The notes beneath the pieces are model-generated. The model was not told where the DNA came from. It ran no database searches and worked only from the letters and a program-made list of their open reading frames with translations. The position numbers were made by a program, and so were the translations under genes. Below are positions 11,667-24,656 of a stretch of DNA of 64,000 bases, in pieces (within the stretch, counting starts at the first letter, position 1; each line of letters begins with the position of its first letter). Source of the DNA: Paramoeba atlantica (Eukaryota; Protista; Discosea); NCBI GenBank assembly GCA_977017575.1, contig CDRNVI010000139.1, positions 255,689 through 319,688 on the forward strand. Reading direction: 5' to 3'.

Positions 11667-13977
11667 ATGAGTGGACAACAAGGAAAGAGAAAGAGAGAAG
11701 TGGTGAGAACTGGGAGTGAGGAGGAGAAAAGAAAATCGAAAAGAGAAAAGAGAGAACAAATTACTCATGATGATGGGGATGTTATCATTGGTGGAGTTGA
11801 GAATGATGAAGACGGAAAAGAACAAAGAGGAAGAAGAAATGAGGATGTTCTTGGAAAGAGAGAACAAAAAGTGAGACAAAATGAAGGAGAAGGAGAGGAA
11901 GAAAGAGAAAGAGAAGAAGAAGTGGTGATGAAAAGAAGAAGAAAAGAAGAAGAGAAAAAGAAAAGATTTGAATGTGGAATATGTTTGGAATTGATGGGTT
12001 GGGAAAAAGAACCAAGGTTGTTACCTTGTTGTGGTCTTTCTTTTTGTTCTCTTTGCCTTAACAACCTCTTTCTTCTTCAAAATCCTTCTTCTTCTTCTTC
12101 TTCTTCTTCTTCCCCCTCCCCTTCTCCCTCTCCCTTTTTTTCTTTGAAAGGAGTGAAATGTCCAGTTTGTAGAGAAATGAACGAATGTGAAAGTGTTGAA
12201 ACACTTTCGATGAATTATTTGATTCCAGAAACGATTGATGTTCTTCTTTCTTCAAATTTGATCTCTTTCTCCAATCAATCAGGTTTTTCTTTCCATTTTT
12301 TGAACTTTCACTTTCTTTCCTCTCTTTTTTTCGTTTTTTTCATTTATTGTCTCTTTTCTTTTTCAACCTTTCTCCTTCTCTCTTGAATTGACGAAAAAGA
12401 AACCAAAAATAGGAGATGGTGGAATGGAATGCGCGAATTTTGAAACGTGTGGAAAACGAACTCAATTGTTTTGTTCCAAATGTGAGATGTTTATTTGTGA
12501 TTCTTGTGATCCATCTCACACTTCTTCTATTTTCACTCGAAATCACAAACGATCTGAAAGAGATGGTGTTGAGGGAGGTGGAAGAAGAAGATTGGAAGAG
12601 GAGGGAGGGGTGGTGGTGGGAGTGATGGGATTGGAGAATTTGAAGAAGAGAGAATGTTCAAAACACCCATCTGAAACAATCAGTGGATATTGTTTTCAAT
12701 GTTCTTCTTTTGTTTGTGTTTGTTGTGTTCTTGAAACACATGATGATCACAGAAAGAAAGTGAAATCGATTGAAGAAAGTATTTTAGAGAAAAGGAATGA
12801 AGTTGTGAGGATTGGAGATAAATTGGAGAGAAGATTGATTTTGATTGAAGAAAAAAGAAAAAGGATTGAAAAAGAAATGAAAGAATTAGAAGAGAAATTA
12901 GAAAAGAAAAGAATTGAAAAGAAAGAAATAGAATTGGAGAAAGAAGATTTGAGAATAAGAAAAGATTCAATTATTCGTTTATCCAACACACCACCAACAA
13001 CAACAACAACAACAACAACTGATTGTGATGTTTCTCTCTTTTTTGATGATCAACTTTTTTCGACTCTTCTTCAAACTGCAAATGATATTGTTTTTGAAGG
13101 AGGTGTTGTAGAGTTCCCAAAACCAAAGAAAGGAGTGATTTGTTGTGATGGTGGTGGTGATTCTTTTCGCGTTGTTTCTTCTTTTCCTTTGAAGAGGGAA
13201 TCTTATGGAATGAGTGTGAACAGTGATGGGAATATTTTTATTTGTGAAGATGGGGTTGGTGGATTGAAAGTGAGAGATAAAGAAGGAAATGAGATGATTG
13301 AATCAACAATTCAGAAAACAATTGATTCACTTCAATTGGAACCTATGGATGTTTCAATTGGATTGAATGATCAAATTGTTGTTCTTGATTGGTATCAATC
13401 TGAAAGAAGAGTTGTAATATTAAACAAAGAAGGAGAATTGATTCAATCTTTTGGATCAGTTGGTTCTGAAGATGGTCAGTTTCGTGATCCATATGGTGTG
13501 GATGTGGATGAAGAAGGTAGAATTATTGTTTGCGATACTGAAAATCATCGGATTCAAGTGTTTGATTATGATGGATCTTTTCTTCATTCTTTTGGTTCAA
13601 AAGGTTCTTCTGAAGGTCAGTTTAACAATCCTCATGGTGTTGCAGTTAATCAAGATGGGGATATTGTTATTTCTGATTGTGGGAATCATCGGATTCAAGT
13701 GATGGATATTGAAGGGAATTTTATTCGATGTTTTGGAACAAGAGGTTCGAGTGATTCTCAATTCAAAGATCCAATAAGTGTTGATGTGGATGGGGAAGGT
13801 AGAATTGTTGTTTGTGATTCAGAAAATAGAAGAGTGAGTGTGTTTGAGAAAGATGGAACATTTCTTTTTTCGTTTGGTCAACATCACATGAAATATCCTC
13901 ATGGACTTGTTATTGATTCATTTGGAACAATTATTGTTTCAGATTGGGCGAAAGGTTTAATTGAAATGTGGAATTAA
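11667..13977 (+). CDS. TRIM-NHL copy 3, ~726 aa (MSGQQG N-terminal type)
   Basis: Exons 11667-12282 and 12413-13977 with a 130-nt GT-AG intron; total length is a multiple of 3. Confidence 0.9.
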
Positions 13978-14140
13978 CCTTGAAGAGATGAGGGGTTCAG
14001 TATTTTCTTTTCTCTCTTTCTTTTTTCTTTTTTGTTCTCTTTTGGATTTTGTTTTAATTTTATCACTTTACTTTGTTCTTTTGTTTCCTTTTTTTTTCTG
14101 TTTTACTTCATATTTACTCTCTTTTAGAGAAATTGCCCTG

Positions 14141-14515
14141 CACTCTTTGCCTCAACAAACTCTTTCTTCAAATTCCTTCTTCCTCTTCTTCCTCTTCTTC
14201 TTCCCCTTCTCCATCTCCCTCTTTTCTTCTTTGAAAGGAGTGAAATCCGGTGTGTTGCGTGAACGAATGTGAAAGCGTTGAAACACTTTCAATGAATTAT
14301 TTGATTCCAGAAACGATTGATGTTCTTCTTTCTTCTTGATCTCTTTCTCCCACCAACCAGGTTTTCTTTCTTTTTTTTGAGAGAATGTTATTGCAAAGTT
14401 GAAAAAACATGTTTTTTGAAAAACAAAACAACAGGAGATGAATCAGAATGTGCGAATTTCGAAACAGTGTGAAGAACAAACTCGAATGTTTTGTTCTCTT
14501 TGCAACATGTTTATT
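14141..14515 (+). pseudogene. TRIM-NHL internal fragment (end of RING, intron, start of B-box1)
   Basis: Recognisable family sequence (GAAAGGAGTGAAAT..., ATGAATTATTTGATTCCAGAAACG, CAACAGGAGATGAATCAG) with indels and no flanking domains. Confidence 0.8.
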
Positions 14516-15220
14516 CAAATCTTTTTGCAAGGTTTTTTATTCTTATTTTCATTTATTTATTTGTTTTTGTGTTGTTGATGGTTTGTGTCTTTTGGTTTTT
14601 TAATATTTGCTGAGAATGTTTTTTTGAGTTTGTGTTTTTCTTTGAAATGGATGGTTTTACTTTTTGGGTCGAGCCTCCCTTATCCAAATTTTAGTCTCTG
14701 CCTCTGGCGCCTGCTTTGATTTTGTTCTCCTTCTTCCACTTTTGATTTCTCTGCATTAATAATAACTCTTCTCTCTTTCTTTCTTCTTCATCTCTCAATT
14801 GATTAACCAAAATATAAAGGATATCCTTCCCCCAATTCAAAAAGGGAGAAAAAAAAGAAAAAAAATGTTTTAAGTCTTGAGTTTGTATTGAGGAAGAGGA
14901 AGTCTTTTTAATATTTGAAGCAGATTTCCACCACATAAAACGAAACACAAGAGAATACTCAAAGAGAGACCTATTTTTCTGGGCAACAAAAAAAAGATCA
15001 GTAATTCCGAAAGAAAAAGAAAAAAAAACAGAAAAAAAAACAAATAAAATAAAAATAACAAAAACAGCTCAACAGCGGCTCATGGACACTTTCTGAGATC
15101 TCTCTCTTCTTAAATTGAAACTCAAATTAAGATTAAGCTTTTAACATCAAAAAATCTCAAAAAAAAACAGGGAGAAAATGGAAAATAATAATCAACAGAA
15201 GATGAAAAAACAAACCTCTT

Positions 15221-17006
15221 TCAAAATGATTTCCAAAATTCAATTGACTTTTTCTCATTCTCTGAAACAATAATTGTTCCAAATGAATCAATAACAATCC
15301 CAGAAGGATACTTCATGTGATCTTCACCAAACGAAAAAAGAAATGTTCCATCTTTCTCAAACACACTCACTCTCCCATTTCCTGAATCACAAACAACAAT
15401 TCTACCTTCCCCATCCACATCAACACCTTCTGGACCACAGAATTGAGAATCACCTGAACCTTCTGTTCCAAAACATCGAATAAAATTCCCTTCAATGTCC
15501 ATCACTTGAATCCGACCATTGTCATAATCACAAACAACAATATTTCCATCTCCATCAATTCCAACACCATGAGGTAAATAATAATCCCCACTTTGCAAAT
15601 TAACAGAATGAAGAAAAGATCCATCATTATCAAACACTTGAATTCGATCATTCAAAGTATCACAAACAATAATTCTACCTTCTCCATCCACATCCACACC
15701 ACTCACACCCTCTTCACGACCAAGTCGAGTCTCTCCAAATGATTGAATCAATTCTCCTTCTTTGTTTAAGATTACAACTCGCGGGTCGTCGAGAGAGAGA
15801 TCAAGAACAACAATTTGATCATTCAATCCAATTGAAACATCAACAGGTTTCAAATGAAGTGAATCAATTGTTTTCTGAATTGTTGATTCAATCATCTCAT
15901 TTCCTTCTTTATCTCTCACTTTCAATCCAACCCCATCTTCACAAATAAAAATATTCCCATCACTGTTCACACTCACTCCCAAAGGTTTTTCATTCAAACG
16001 AAAAGAAGAAACAAAACGAAAAGAATCACCACCACCATCACAACAAATCACTCCTTTCTTTGGTTTCAGTAATCCAGCTTCAGAAACAATATCAGTTGCA
16101 GTTTGAAGAAGAGTTGAAAAAAGTTGATCATCAAAAAAGAGAGAAACATCACAATCAGTTGTTGTTGTTGTTGTTGTTGTTGGTGGTGTGTTGGATAAAC
16201 GAATAATTGAATCTTTTCTGATTCTCAAATCTTCTTTCTCCAATTCTATTTCTTTCTTTTCAATTCTTTTCTTTTCTAATTTCTCTTCTAATTCTTTCAT
16301 TTCTTTTTCAATCCTTTTTCTTTTCCTCTCAATCAAAATCAATCTTTTCTCCAATTTATCTCCAACCTTTACAACTTCGTCCCTTTTCTCTAAAATACTT
16401 TCTTCAATCGATTTCACTTTCTTTCTGTGATCATCGTGTGTTTCAAGAACACAACGAAGACAAACAAAAGAAGAACATTGAAAACAATATCCACTGATTG
16501 TTTCAGATGGGTGTTTTGAACATTCTCTCTTCTTCAAATTCTCTAATCCCATCACTCCCACCACCCCTCCTCCCTCCTCTTCCAATCTTCTTCTTCCACC
16601 TCCCTCAACACCATCTCTTTCAGATCGTTTGTGATTTCGAGAGAAAATAGAAGAAGTGTGAGATGGATCACAAGAATCACAAATAAACATTTTACAATCA
16701 GAACAAAACATTTGAGTTCGTTCTCCACACGTTCCGAAATTCACACATTCTGATCCACCATCTCCTGTTGTTGTTTTTCAAAAAACATGTTTTTTCTCAC
16801 AAAGGAAGAGAGGAAAGAAAGTGAGAGTTCAAAAAATGAAGAAAATAAAGAAAGAAAAACCTGATTGATTGGAGAAAGAGATCAAATTGGAAGAAAGAAG
16901 AAGATCAATTGTTTCTGGAATCAAATAATTTATCGAAAGTGTTTCAATACTTCCACATTCGTTCACTTCGCAACACACTGGACATTTCACTCCTTTCAAA
17001 GAAGGC

Positions 17007-17041
<35 letters not shown>

Positions 17042-17392
17042 GGAAGAGGGAGAAGATGGGGAAGAAGAAAAAGAAGAAGAAGAAGAAGAAGAAGGGTTTT
17101 GAAGAAGAAAGAGTTTTTTGAGACAAAGAAAACAAAAAGAAAGGCCACAACAAGGTAACAACCTTGGTTCTTTCTCCCAACTCATCAACTCCAAACATAT
17201 CCCACATTCAAATCTTTTCTTTTTCTCTTCTTCTTCCTTTCTTCTCTTTGTTGCCACTTCTCCATCTCCTTCTCTTTCTCTTTGTTTTTCTTTCTCTTTC
17301 TTTCCTCTTTTGGTTTTTCTCTTTTTCTCAGTTTCCAATTCTGTTCCTTCTTCTTCTCCTCCTCTCTTTCTCTTTTCTCTTTTCTCACTCAT
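15221..17392 (-). CDS. TRIM-NHL copy 4, ~691 aa
   Basis: Exons 17392-16861 and 16764-15221 with a 96-nt GT-AG intron. NHL blades 3-4 are more divergent (ETRLGREEGVSG, VNLQSGDYYLPHG). Confidence 0.9.
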
Positions 17393-17978
17393 TTTGTCTC
17401 TGTGAGGAAAAAGAGATCAATCAACAAAGAAGAAGAAGAAATACAAAAGGGAGAAGGTAAAAATGAGTAATTTGAAACAAAAAGAAAAAGAAAAGAAAAA
17501 AAACAAACATTTGCTTCACCAATTTCCAATTTGAGAAAATAACAAGAGAACAAACAACAAAGACCCCAAAAAATATCAAGAGAGGGGGAAGAGAAATCTC
17601 TGTGATAAGAAAAGGGGAGGAGTCAAAAAACCAAAACAGGGTGGATCAAAGAGGCCACAAACAAAACAATGGAGAAGGAAAGAGAGAGAGAGAGAGAGAC
17701 TGAGGAGTTGTTTGAACTGTTGACAGTTATTGGAGACAATAACTTCTTGCGTTTTTCTCTGGTCAGATTTTTAGTGAGAGAAAAAAATGCCAAAAGAGAA
17801 AGAGTCTTTCTTACAATTTTCAAAAAGGATGAAAGAATTTTGGTCCAAGAAGAAAAACACACAATAAAGATGAAAAAAGTGACACGAAATCAGAGAGAGA
17901 GAGAACCAACAGAAGACGAGAAAGAAAGAAGAACAAGAGACAAAGAAAAACAGAAAAAAAAGAGAGAAAAAAAAGGAA

Positions 17979-18067
17979 GGGTACGAAAAGAGGATTCAAA
18001 ATTTTTTAAACCTCTGAAAAAAATATCACAAAAACACACCAAAAACTTTTTCTTTTTCGTTTTTCCC
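17979..18067 (+). promoter_or_regulatory. Conserved ~90-bp spacer element (3 of 7)
   Basis: Near-identical to 1122-1212. Confidence 0.6.
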
Positions 18068-18452
18068 TCTCTCTCCTCTTTCTTCTCTCTTCTCTCTTCT
18101 GTTCACCCTTTCTCTTTCTCCTCCCTTCTCTTTGAGACACTCTGCAAATTGTTTTTTGGTTTTTTCTCTTTTTGTCTGGTGTGGGATAGTTTTGGTTTGT
18201 TCTTTTTCTTTTTCATTTTGTGTGTGTTTTCTCCCTCACATTTCTTTTCTTTTCTTTCAGAGATATCTTTCCCCCTCTCTTGTTTGACCTCTTCTTATCT
18301 TGAGTTCATTTTTGGGAAGGTGTTTTGTTTGTTCTTTGTCTTTGATCTTTGTTTTCTAAATTGGTGAAGAAAACTAATGTTTGTTTTTTTCTTTTCTTTT
18401 CTTTCTTTTTTTGTTGATTGATTTCTTTTTCCCACAGAGAGAGAGAGACAAA

Positions 18453-20350
18453 ATGAGTGAAAAAAGAGGAAAGAGAAAAAGAGGAGGAGAAGAAGGAACA
18501 AAATTAGAAAGTGAGAAAAAGAGAAAAACCAAAAGAGGAAAGAAAGAGAAAGAAGATGATGTTGATGTTGTTGTAATTGAAGAAGAAGAGGATGATCAAA
18601 TAGAACAAAGAGAAAGAAGAAATGAGGATGTTCTTGGAAAGAGAGAACAAGAAGTAGGACAAAATGAAGGAGAAGGAGAGGAAGAAAGAGAAAGAGAAGA
18701 AGAAGTGGTGATGAAAAGAAGAAGAAAGGAAGAAGAAGAGAAAAAGAAAAGATTTGAATGTGGCATATGTTTGGAATTGATGAGTTGGGAAAAAGAACCA
18801 AGGTTGTTACCTTGTTGTGGTCTTTCTTTTTGTTCTCTTTGTCTCAACAAACTCTTTCTCCTTCAAAATCCTTCCTCTTCTTCTTCTTCTTCTTCTCCCT
18901 CTTCTTCCTCTTCCCCCTCTCCCATTTCTTCTTTGGAAGGAAGGAGTGAAATGTCCAGTTTGTAGAGAAATGAACGAATGTGAAAGCATTGAAACACTTA
19001 CGATGAATTATTTGATTCCAGAAACGATTGATGTTCTTCTTTCTTCAAATTTGATCTCTTTATCCCAACAATCAACTTCAGGTTTCATCTTCTTGATTTT
19101 TTTTTTCTTTTTTCTTTCTTTTCTCTTGTTGTTTTTGAACTGAGCCCCAAGACCACCCAATTCGACCCACCCACTCCTAAACCCAACATTCACTGACTTA
19201 GTTTCTTCTTTTTTAAATACACAAACAAATCAGGAGAAGCTAAAAGAAGATGTGCGAATTTTGGAGCGTGTGGAGAACGAACTCGAATGTATTGTTCTGA
19301 TTGTAAAGTCTTTATTTGTGATTCTTGTGGTCCATCTCACTCTTCTTCCATTTTCTCTCGAAATCACAAACGATCTCAACAACAAAATGTTCCTTGTGGT
19401 GAGCAGAGTGATGAAGGAGGTGGAAGAAGAAGATTGGAGGAGGGGGTGGTGATGAAGAAGAGAGAATGTTCAAAACACCCATCTGAAACAATCAGTGGAT
19501 ATTGTTTTGAATGTTCTTCTTTTGTTTGCCTTCATTGTGTTCTTGAAACACATGTTCAACACAATGAGAAAGTGAAATCAATTGAAGAAAGTATTTTGAA
19601 GAAAAGGAATGAAGTTGTAAAGATTGGAGATAAATTGGAGAAAAGATTGGAGATTGTGGAAAAGAAAAGAAAAAGATTGAAGAAGAAATGAAAGAATTAG
19701 AAGAGAAATTAGAAAAGAAAAGAATGGAAAAGAAAGAAATAGAATTGGAGAAAGAAGATTTGAGAATAAGAAAAGATTCAATTATTCGTTTATCCAACAC
19801 CCCAACAACAACAACAACAACTGATTGTGATGTTTCTCTCTTTTTTGATGATCAACTTTTTTCAACTCTTCTTCAAACTGCAAATGATATTGTTTCTGAA
19901 GGAGGTGTTGTTGGATTTGGAAAGAAAGGAGTGATTTGTTGTGATGGTGGTGATTCTTTTCGTTTTGTTGGCTCTTCTTTTCCTTTGAAGAATCTACCTT
20001 ATGGAGTGAGTGTGAACAGTGATGGGAATATTTTTATTTGTGAAGGTTGGGAGGGTGGATTGAAAGTGAGAGATAAAGAAGGAAATGAGATGATTGAATC
20101 AACAATTCAGAAAACAATTGATTCACTTCAGTTGAAACCTTATGATGTTTCAATTGGATTGAATGATCAAATTGTTGTTCTTGATTATTCTCAAGATTCT
20201 TTTCGAGTTGTAATATTAAACAAAGAAGGAGAATTGATCAAATCTTTTGGATCAAAAGGTTCTAAAGATGGTCAGTTTAATGGACCGTGTGGGGTGGGTG
20301 TGGATGAAGAAGGTAGAATTATTGTTTGTCAATTGAATTTTGGAAATAAT
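18453..20350 (+). pseudogene. TRIM-NHL copy 5, frameshifted and NHL-truncated
   Basis: +4 bp (GAAG duplication, 18936-18943) in the RING; -1 frameshift near 19680; a deletion joins blade 3 (RIIVC) directly to the C-terminal tail. Confidence 0.85.
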
Positions 20351-21313
20351 TTTGAAAGAGAAGGTTTTTTTATTCTTATTTTTCTTTTTTTATTGTTTTT
20401 TGTGTTGTTGTTGGATGAGTGAAAAAGAATTTTCTTTTCTTTTTTGTATTTTTTTTGATTTGATTTTTTGATGTTTATTTTCCTTAAACCTTTCATGAAA
20501 GGAACACCGCCCCTTTGTTTCTCCAACAATTAGAGCTGTTTATTATTTTTGGTTTTTTTTTTTTTTGGATTTTCATTATTATTTCTTTTTCTTTTTTGTG
20601 TACTTTATTTTTTATTTTCATTTCTTTTTCTTTTGTTGTTTTTGGTTTTCATTTTTTGATTGATTTATCGACCACTTTTCCCCCTTCATTTTAGTCTCTG
20701 GCTCTGGCGCTTTGATTTTATTCTCCTTCTACCACTTTCGATTTTCTTCACATCAATAATAACTCTTCTCTCCTCGCACTCTCTTTCTTTCTTCATCTCT
20801 CAATTTGTTGTTTCTTTTTGTTTTTTTGATTTTGGGGTGGGGTATTTCTCAATTGCTCTTTTGATCAACCAACAAAAATATCCTTCCCCCAATTCAAAAA
20901 GGAAGAAATAAAAAGAAAAATAAAATATTTTAAGTCTTGAATGAATTTCAATCAATTGGATAAACGAAAGAGGATTTGGTTGTAGTGGAGAAGGAGGAGC
21001 AGAAGAAGAGAGGAAGTCTTTTTTTGACGTAAAATTGAAGCATTTCCACCACACAAAACTCAAAGAGAGACCAATTTTTCTGGTCAACAAAAAAAGATCA
21101 GAAAGTGATTCTAAAAAAACAAATCAAAATATCATTTCAAAAATAAAAAAATAAAACAAAATCACCCAAAAAAACAAAAACCATCTCTCACAAAAAAAGA
21201 TACAAAATAAAATGTCATTACATTGAAAAAAAAAACAACAAAAATGAGAAGAAAAAAAAAGAGAGAGAAAATGGAAAATAAGAATCAAAAAAACCTTCTC
21301 TTCAAACCTCTTT

Positions 21314-21529
21314 TCAAAATGATTTCCAAAATTCAATCGACTTGTTCTCATAATCTGAAACAATAATTGTTCCAAATGAATCAACAACAACCCCATAAGG
21401 TTCTTTCATATGATCTTTCCTGAATCACAAACAACAATTCTACCTTCCCCATCCACAGCAACTCCTGTTGGACAATCGAATTGAGAATCACCTGAACCTT
21501 GTGTTCCAAAACATCGATAAAATTCCCTT
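21314..21529 (-). pseudogene. 3' NHL fragment of a TRIM-NHL gene
   Basis: Blade 5-6 sequence with an internal deletion, ending in the family ...FWKSF stop. Confidence 0.8.
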
Positions 21530-21629
21530 AAACCATCTGATGATTGAAAGTATAACAGTAATATTATAATAATTCATGCACCGTTGGATCAATCTCGGGA
21601 AGAATAAATACAACATTCAAAAGAACGAA

Positions 21630-22297
21630 TACTTACAATCCCCACATGACAATTGTGTCACATTACAACAATCTGGCAAAGCGCCCACCAGCCAGAAAAC
21701 ATCACAAGGTAAACACCTTCTTTATCACAGGTGACACCATCCCAAGGTCGAATGAAATCGCAAGGGGGAAGTAGGTTGAAGCCAATTTGTTTTTAAGAAC
21801 CATCATGAGCCTCCTGTCTGAAGGTACAGCTCTTCCAACACAAGACGTTCGGAAAGAGATGGAACAGGAGATGGGACAGGAGATGGAGTCGGAGATGGAA
21901 CAGGAGACGGAGTTGGAGAAGGAACAGAAATCGGAGGTAGAGATGGAACAGGGGACAGGAGATTCAAAAGAGAGAATAGTTGAGAGAGATTTTTTTTGTT
22001 TCAAAAAAAATTTCGAAAAATCATAACCCAACACGAAGAGAGAAAGTCTTTTCTTGAAGATCGATTTCTATTTAACGAAAAAAAAATCTTAGGAAACTAA
22101 ATTAAAAACCACCAATTGTGGAAAAAGGTCATGCAAAAATCCACTCTCAAAAAATCACTTTCCACAAAAAATGAAAAAAAATACTCACCCTTCAAAATTG
22201 AAGAGAAATCTTGTCCTAATTCATAAAAATTCCATTTTGCCATCAAAAGAATTGAGAAGAAAACGAAAATTGAATGAAGGAAAGGCAACGAAAACAA
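21630..22297 (-). pseudogene. Decayed remnant of an LRR surface or secreted protein (signal-like leader, Ser/Pro/Thr stalk, LRR N-cap)
   Basis: Manual translation: PSPTPSPVPSPTPSPVPSPVPSLSERLVLEELYLQTGGS*WFLKTNWLQPTSP / PCDFIRPWDGVTCDKEG, then LVGALPD. Resembles the LRRNT cap consensus ERxALxxLYxxTxGxxWxxxxNWL...PC...WxGVTC. Hydrophobic leader upstream followed by a GTGAGT donor. Confidence 0.6.
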
Positions 22298-22410
22298 AAA
22301 ACTCGATGTTTCTGATCGAAAAACAGAGCAAATTCAACCAATGAAAAGGACTCTTTTCAAAGGAAAGAAAAAAAGTGGAATAAAATTGAACCTCTTCAAT
22401 TTCTCTCCAA

Positions 22411-24065
22411 TTACCTCCACCACGAAATCAACTTGCTCTCATAATCTGAAACAAGAATTGCTCCAAAAGAATCAATAACAATCCCACGAGGTCTTTTCAT
22501 GTGATCTTCACCAAAAGAAAAAAGAAATGTTCCATCTTTCTCAAACACACTCACTCTTCCATTTCCTAATTCACCAACAACAATTCTACCTTCCCCATCC
22601 ACATCAACACTTCTTGGACACTCCAATTGAGAAACACCTGAACCTCTTGTTCCAAAACATCGAATAAAATTCCCTTCAATATCCATCACTTGAATCCGAT
22701 GATTTAAACCATCGCAAATAACAATATTCCCATCTCTATCAACTGCAACAGCATAAGGTTTGTTAAATTGACCTTCAGAAGAACCTCTCGAACCAAAAGA
22801 ATGAAGAAAAGATCCATCATTATCAAACACTTGAATTCGATGAGACCAAGTATCACAAACAATAATATTACCTTCTTCATCCACACCCACTCCCCATGGT
22901 CTGTCAAACTGACCAAGTTGAGAACCATTTGATCCAAATGATTTGATTAACTTTCCTTCGTTGTTTAATATTACAACACGAAAAGAATCTCGAGACCAAT
23001 CAAGAACAACAATTTGATCATTCAATCCAATTGCAGCATCAACAGGTTCCAACTGAAGTGAATCAACTGTTTTCTGAATTGATTGAATCTCATTTCCTTC
23101 TTTATCTCTCACTCTCATCCCACCCTTCCATTCGCAAATAAAGAGATTCTCATCACTGTTCACACACACTCCTAAAGATTCATTCAAAGGAAAAGAAGAA
23201 AAGACACGAAACGAATCACCACCACCATCACAACAAATCACTCCTTTCTTTGGTTTAGATCGCAAGGATGGCGCAACTCCAGCCTCAGAAACAATATCAT
23301 TTGCGGTTTGAAGAAGAGTTGAAAAAATTTGATCATCAAAAAAGAGAGAAAGATCCGTTGGTGTGTTGGATAAACGAATAATTGAATCTTTTCTGATTCT
23401 CAAATCTTCTTTCTCCAATTCTATTTCTTTCTTTTCAATTCTTTTCTTTTCTAATTTCTCTTCTAATTCTTTCATTTCTTCTTCAATCCTTTTTCTTTTC
23501 TTTTCAACAATCTTCAATCTTTTCTCCAATCCATCTCCAATCTTTATAACTTCATTTCTCTTCTTCAAAATACTTTCTTCAATCGATTTCACTTTCTCTT
23601 TGTGTTGAACATGAGTTTCAAGAACACAACAAACACAAACAAAAGAAGAACATTCAAAACAATATCCACATATCAACTCAGATAAATGGATTGAACACTT
23701 TTCTTTCTTCATCTCTGAGTTCTCATCATCGCCACCACCGCTGTTTGTTTCGCAAAGGACCGGCTCTGGTGGCAAAATTAAATCATTGAGCCAAAATCAA
23801 CAAAAAGAAAATTGATCCTTCAGCAAGAAAAAAAAATCATCTCAAAATAAATGAAACCAAGAAAAAGAAACCTGATTGATTGGAAGAGGGTTTTGAAAAC
23901 AAATTGGAAGAGGAAGAAAGAAGAACATCAATCGTTTCTGGAATCAAATAATTCATCGAAAGTGTTTCAATCGTTTCACATTTGTTCATTTCTCTACAAA
24001 CAGGACATTTCACTCCTTTCAAAGAGGAAGGGGATAAAGAAGAAGAAGAAGAAGAAGAAGAAGAA

Positions 24066-24106
<41 letters not shown>

Positions 24107-24116
24107 GGAAGAAGAG

Positions 24117-24147
<31 letters not shown>

Positions 24148-24469
24148 GAGAAGAAGAGGAAGAAGAGGAAGAAGAGGAAGGATTTTGAAGAAGAAAAAGT
24201 TTGTTGAGACAAAGAGAACAAAAAGAAAGACCACAACAAGGTAACAACCTTGGTTCTTTTTCCCAACTCATCAATTCCAAACATATCCCACATTCAAATT
24301 TTTTCTTTTTCTTTTCTTCTTCTCTCTTTCTTCTTTTCATTGCCACTTCTTCTTCTCTTATCTCATTCCCAACAACAGGATCAGCGCTTTGTTCTTTCCT
24401 TTTTCTTTTTTTCTCTGCATTCTCACTTTCTCCTCCCATTCCTCTTCTCTTTCCGATTCCTTCACTCAT
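22411..24469 (-). CDS. TRIM-NHL copy 6, lacks B-box1, very long poly-Ser in RING, ~650 aa
   Basis: Exon 24469-23872; predicted phase-1 acceptor at 23767-23766; exon 23765-22411 starts EPVLCETNSGG and goes straight to B-box2 (CSIHLSE). Confidence 0.8.
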
Positions 24470-24567
24470 CTAATCATTCAACACACAGAGAAAACACAAA
24501 AAAAGGAGAAAGGGGTCCAAACGAAACAGAAGAGAATAGAGAGAGAGAAGAGAAAAGAGAGAAGAGA

Positions 24568-24656
24568 GGGAAAAACGAAAAAGAAAAAGTTTTTGGGTGT
24601 TTTTTGTGATATTTTTTTCAGAGGTTTAAAAAGTTTTGAATCCTCTTTTCGTACCC
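24568..24656 (-). promoter_or_regulatory. Conserved ~90-bp spacer element (4 of 7)
   Basis: Reverse complement of the motif. Confidence 0.6.

Noticed and set aside
12282-12413. RING and B-box/NHL ORFs as separate genes or a programmed frameshift
   Set aside because: A GT-AG phase-1 intron of 78-130 nt joins them in frame in all nine intact copies.
13450-13900. CRISPR-like periodicity
   Set aside because: The ~130-140 bp periodicity is the coding NHL blade repeat; there are no identical repeats with unique spacers and no cas genes.
12388-13977. Diversity-generating retroelement as the source of NHL variability
   Set aside because: No reverse transcriptase or template/variable repeat pair in the window, and substitutions are not limited to adenines.
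19140-19200. C-rich ~60-bp unique stretch in the copy 5 intron
   Set aside because: Single occurrence with no terminal repeats or target duplication evident; nothing supportable.
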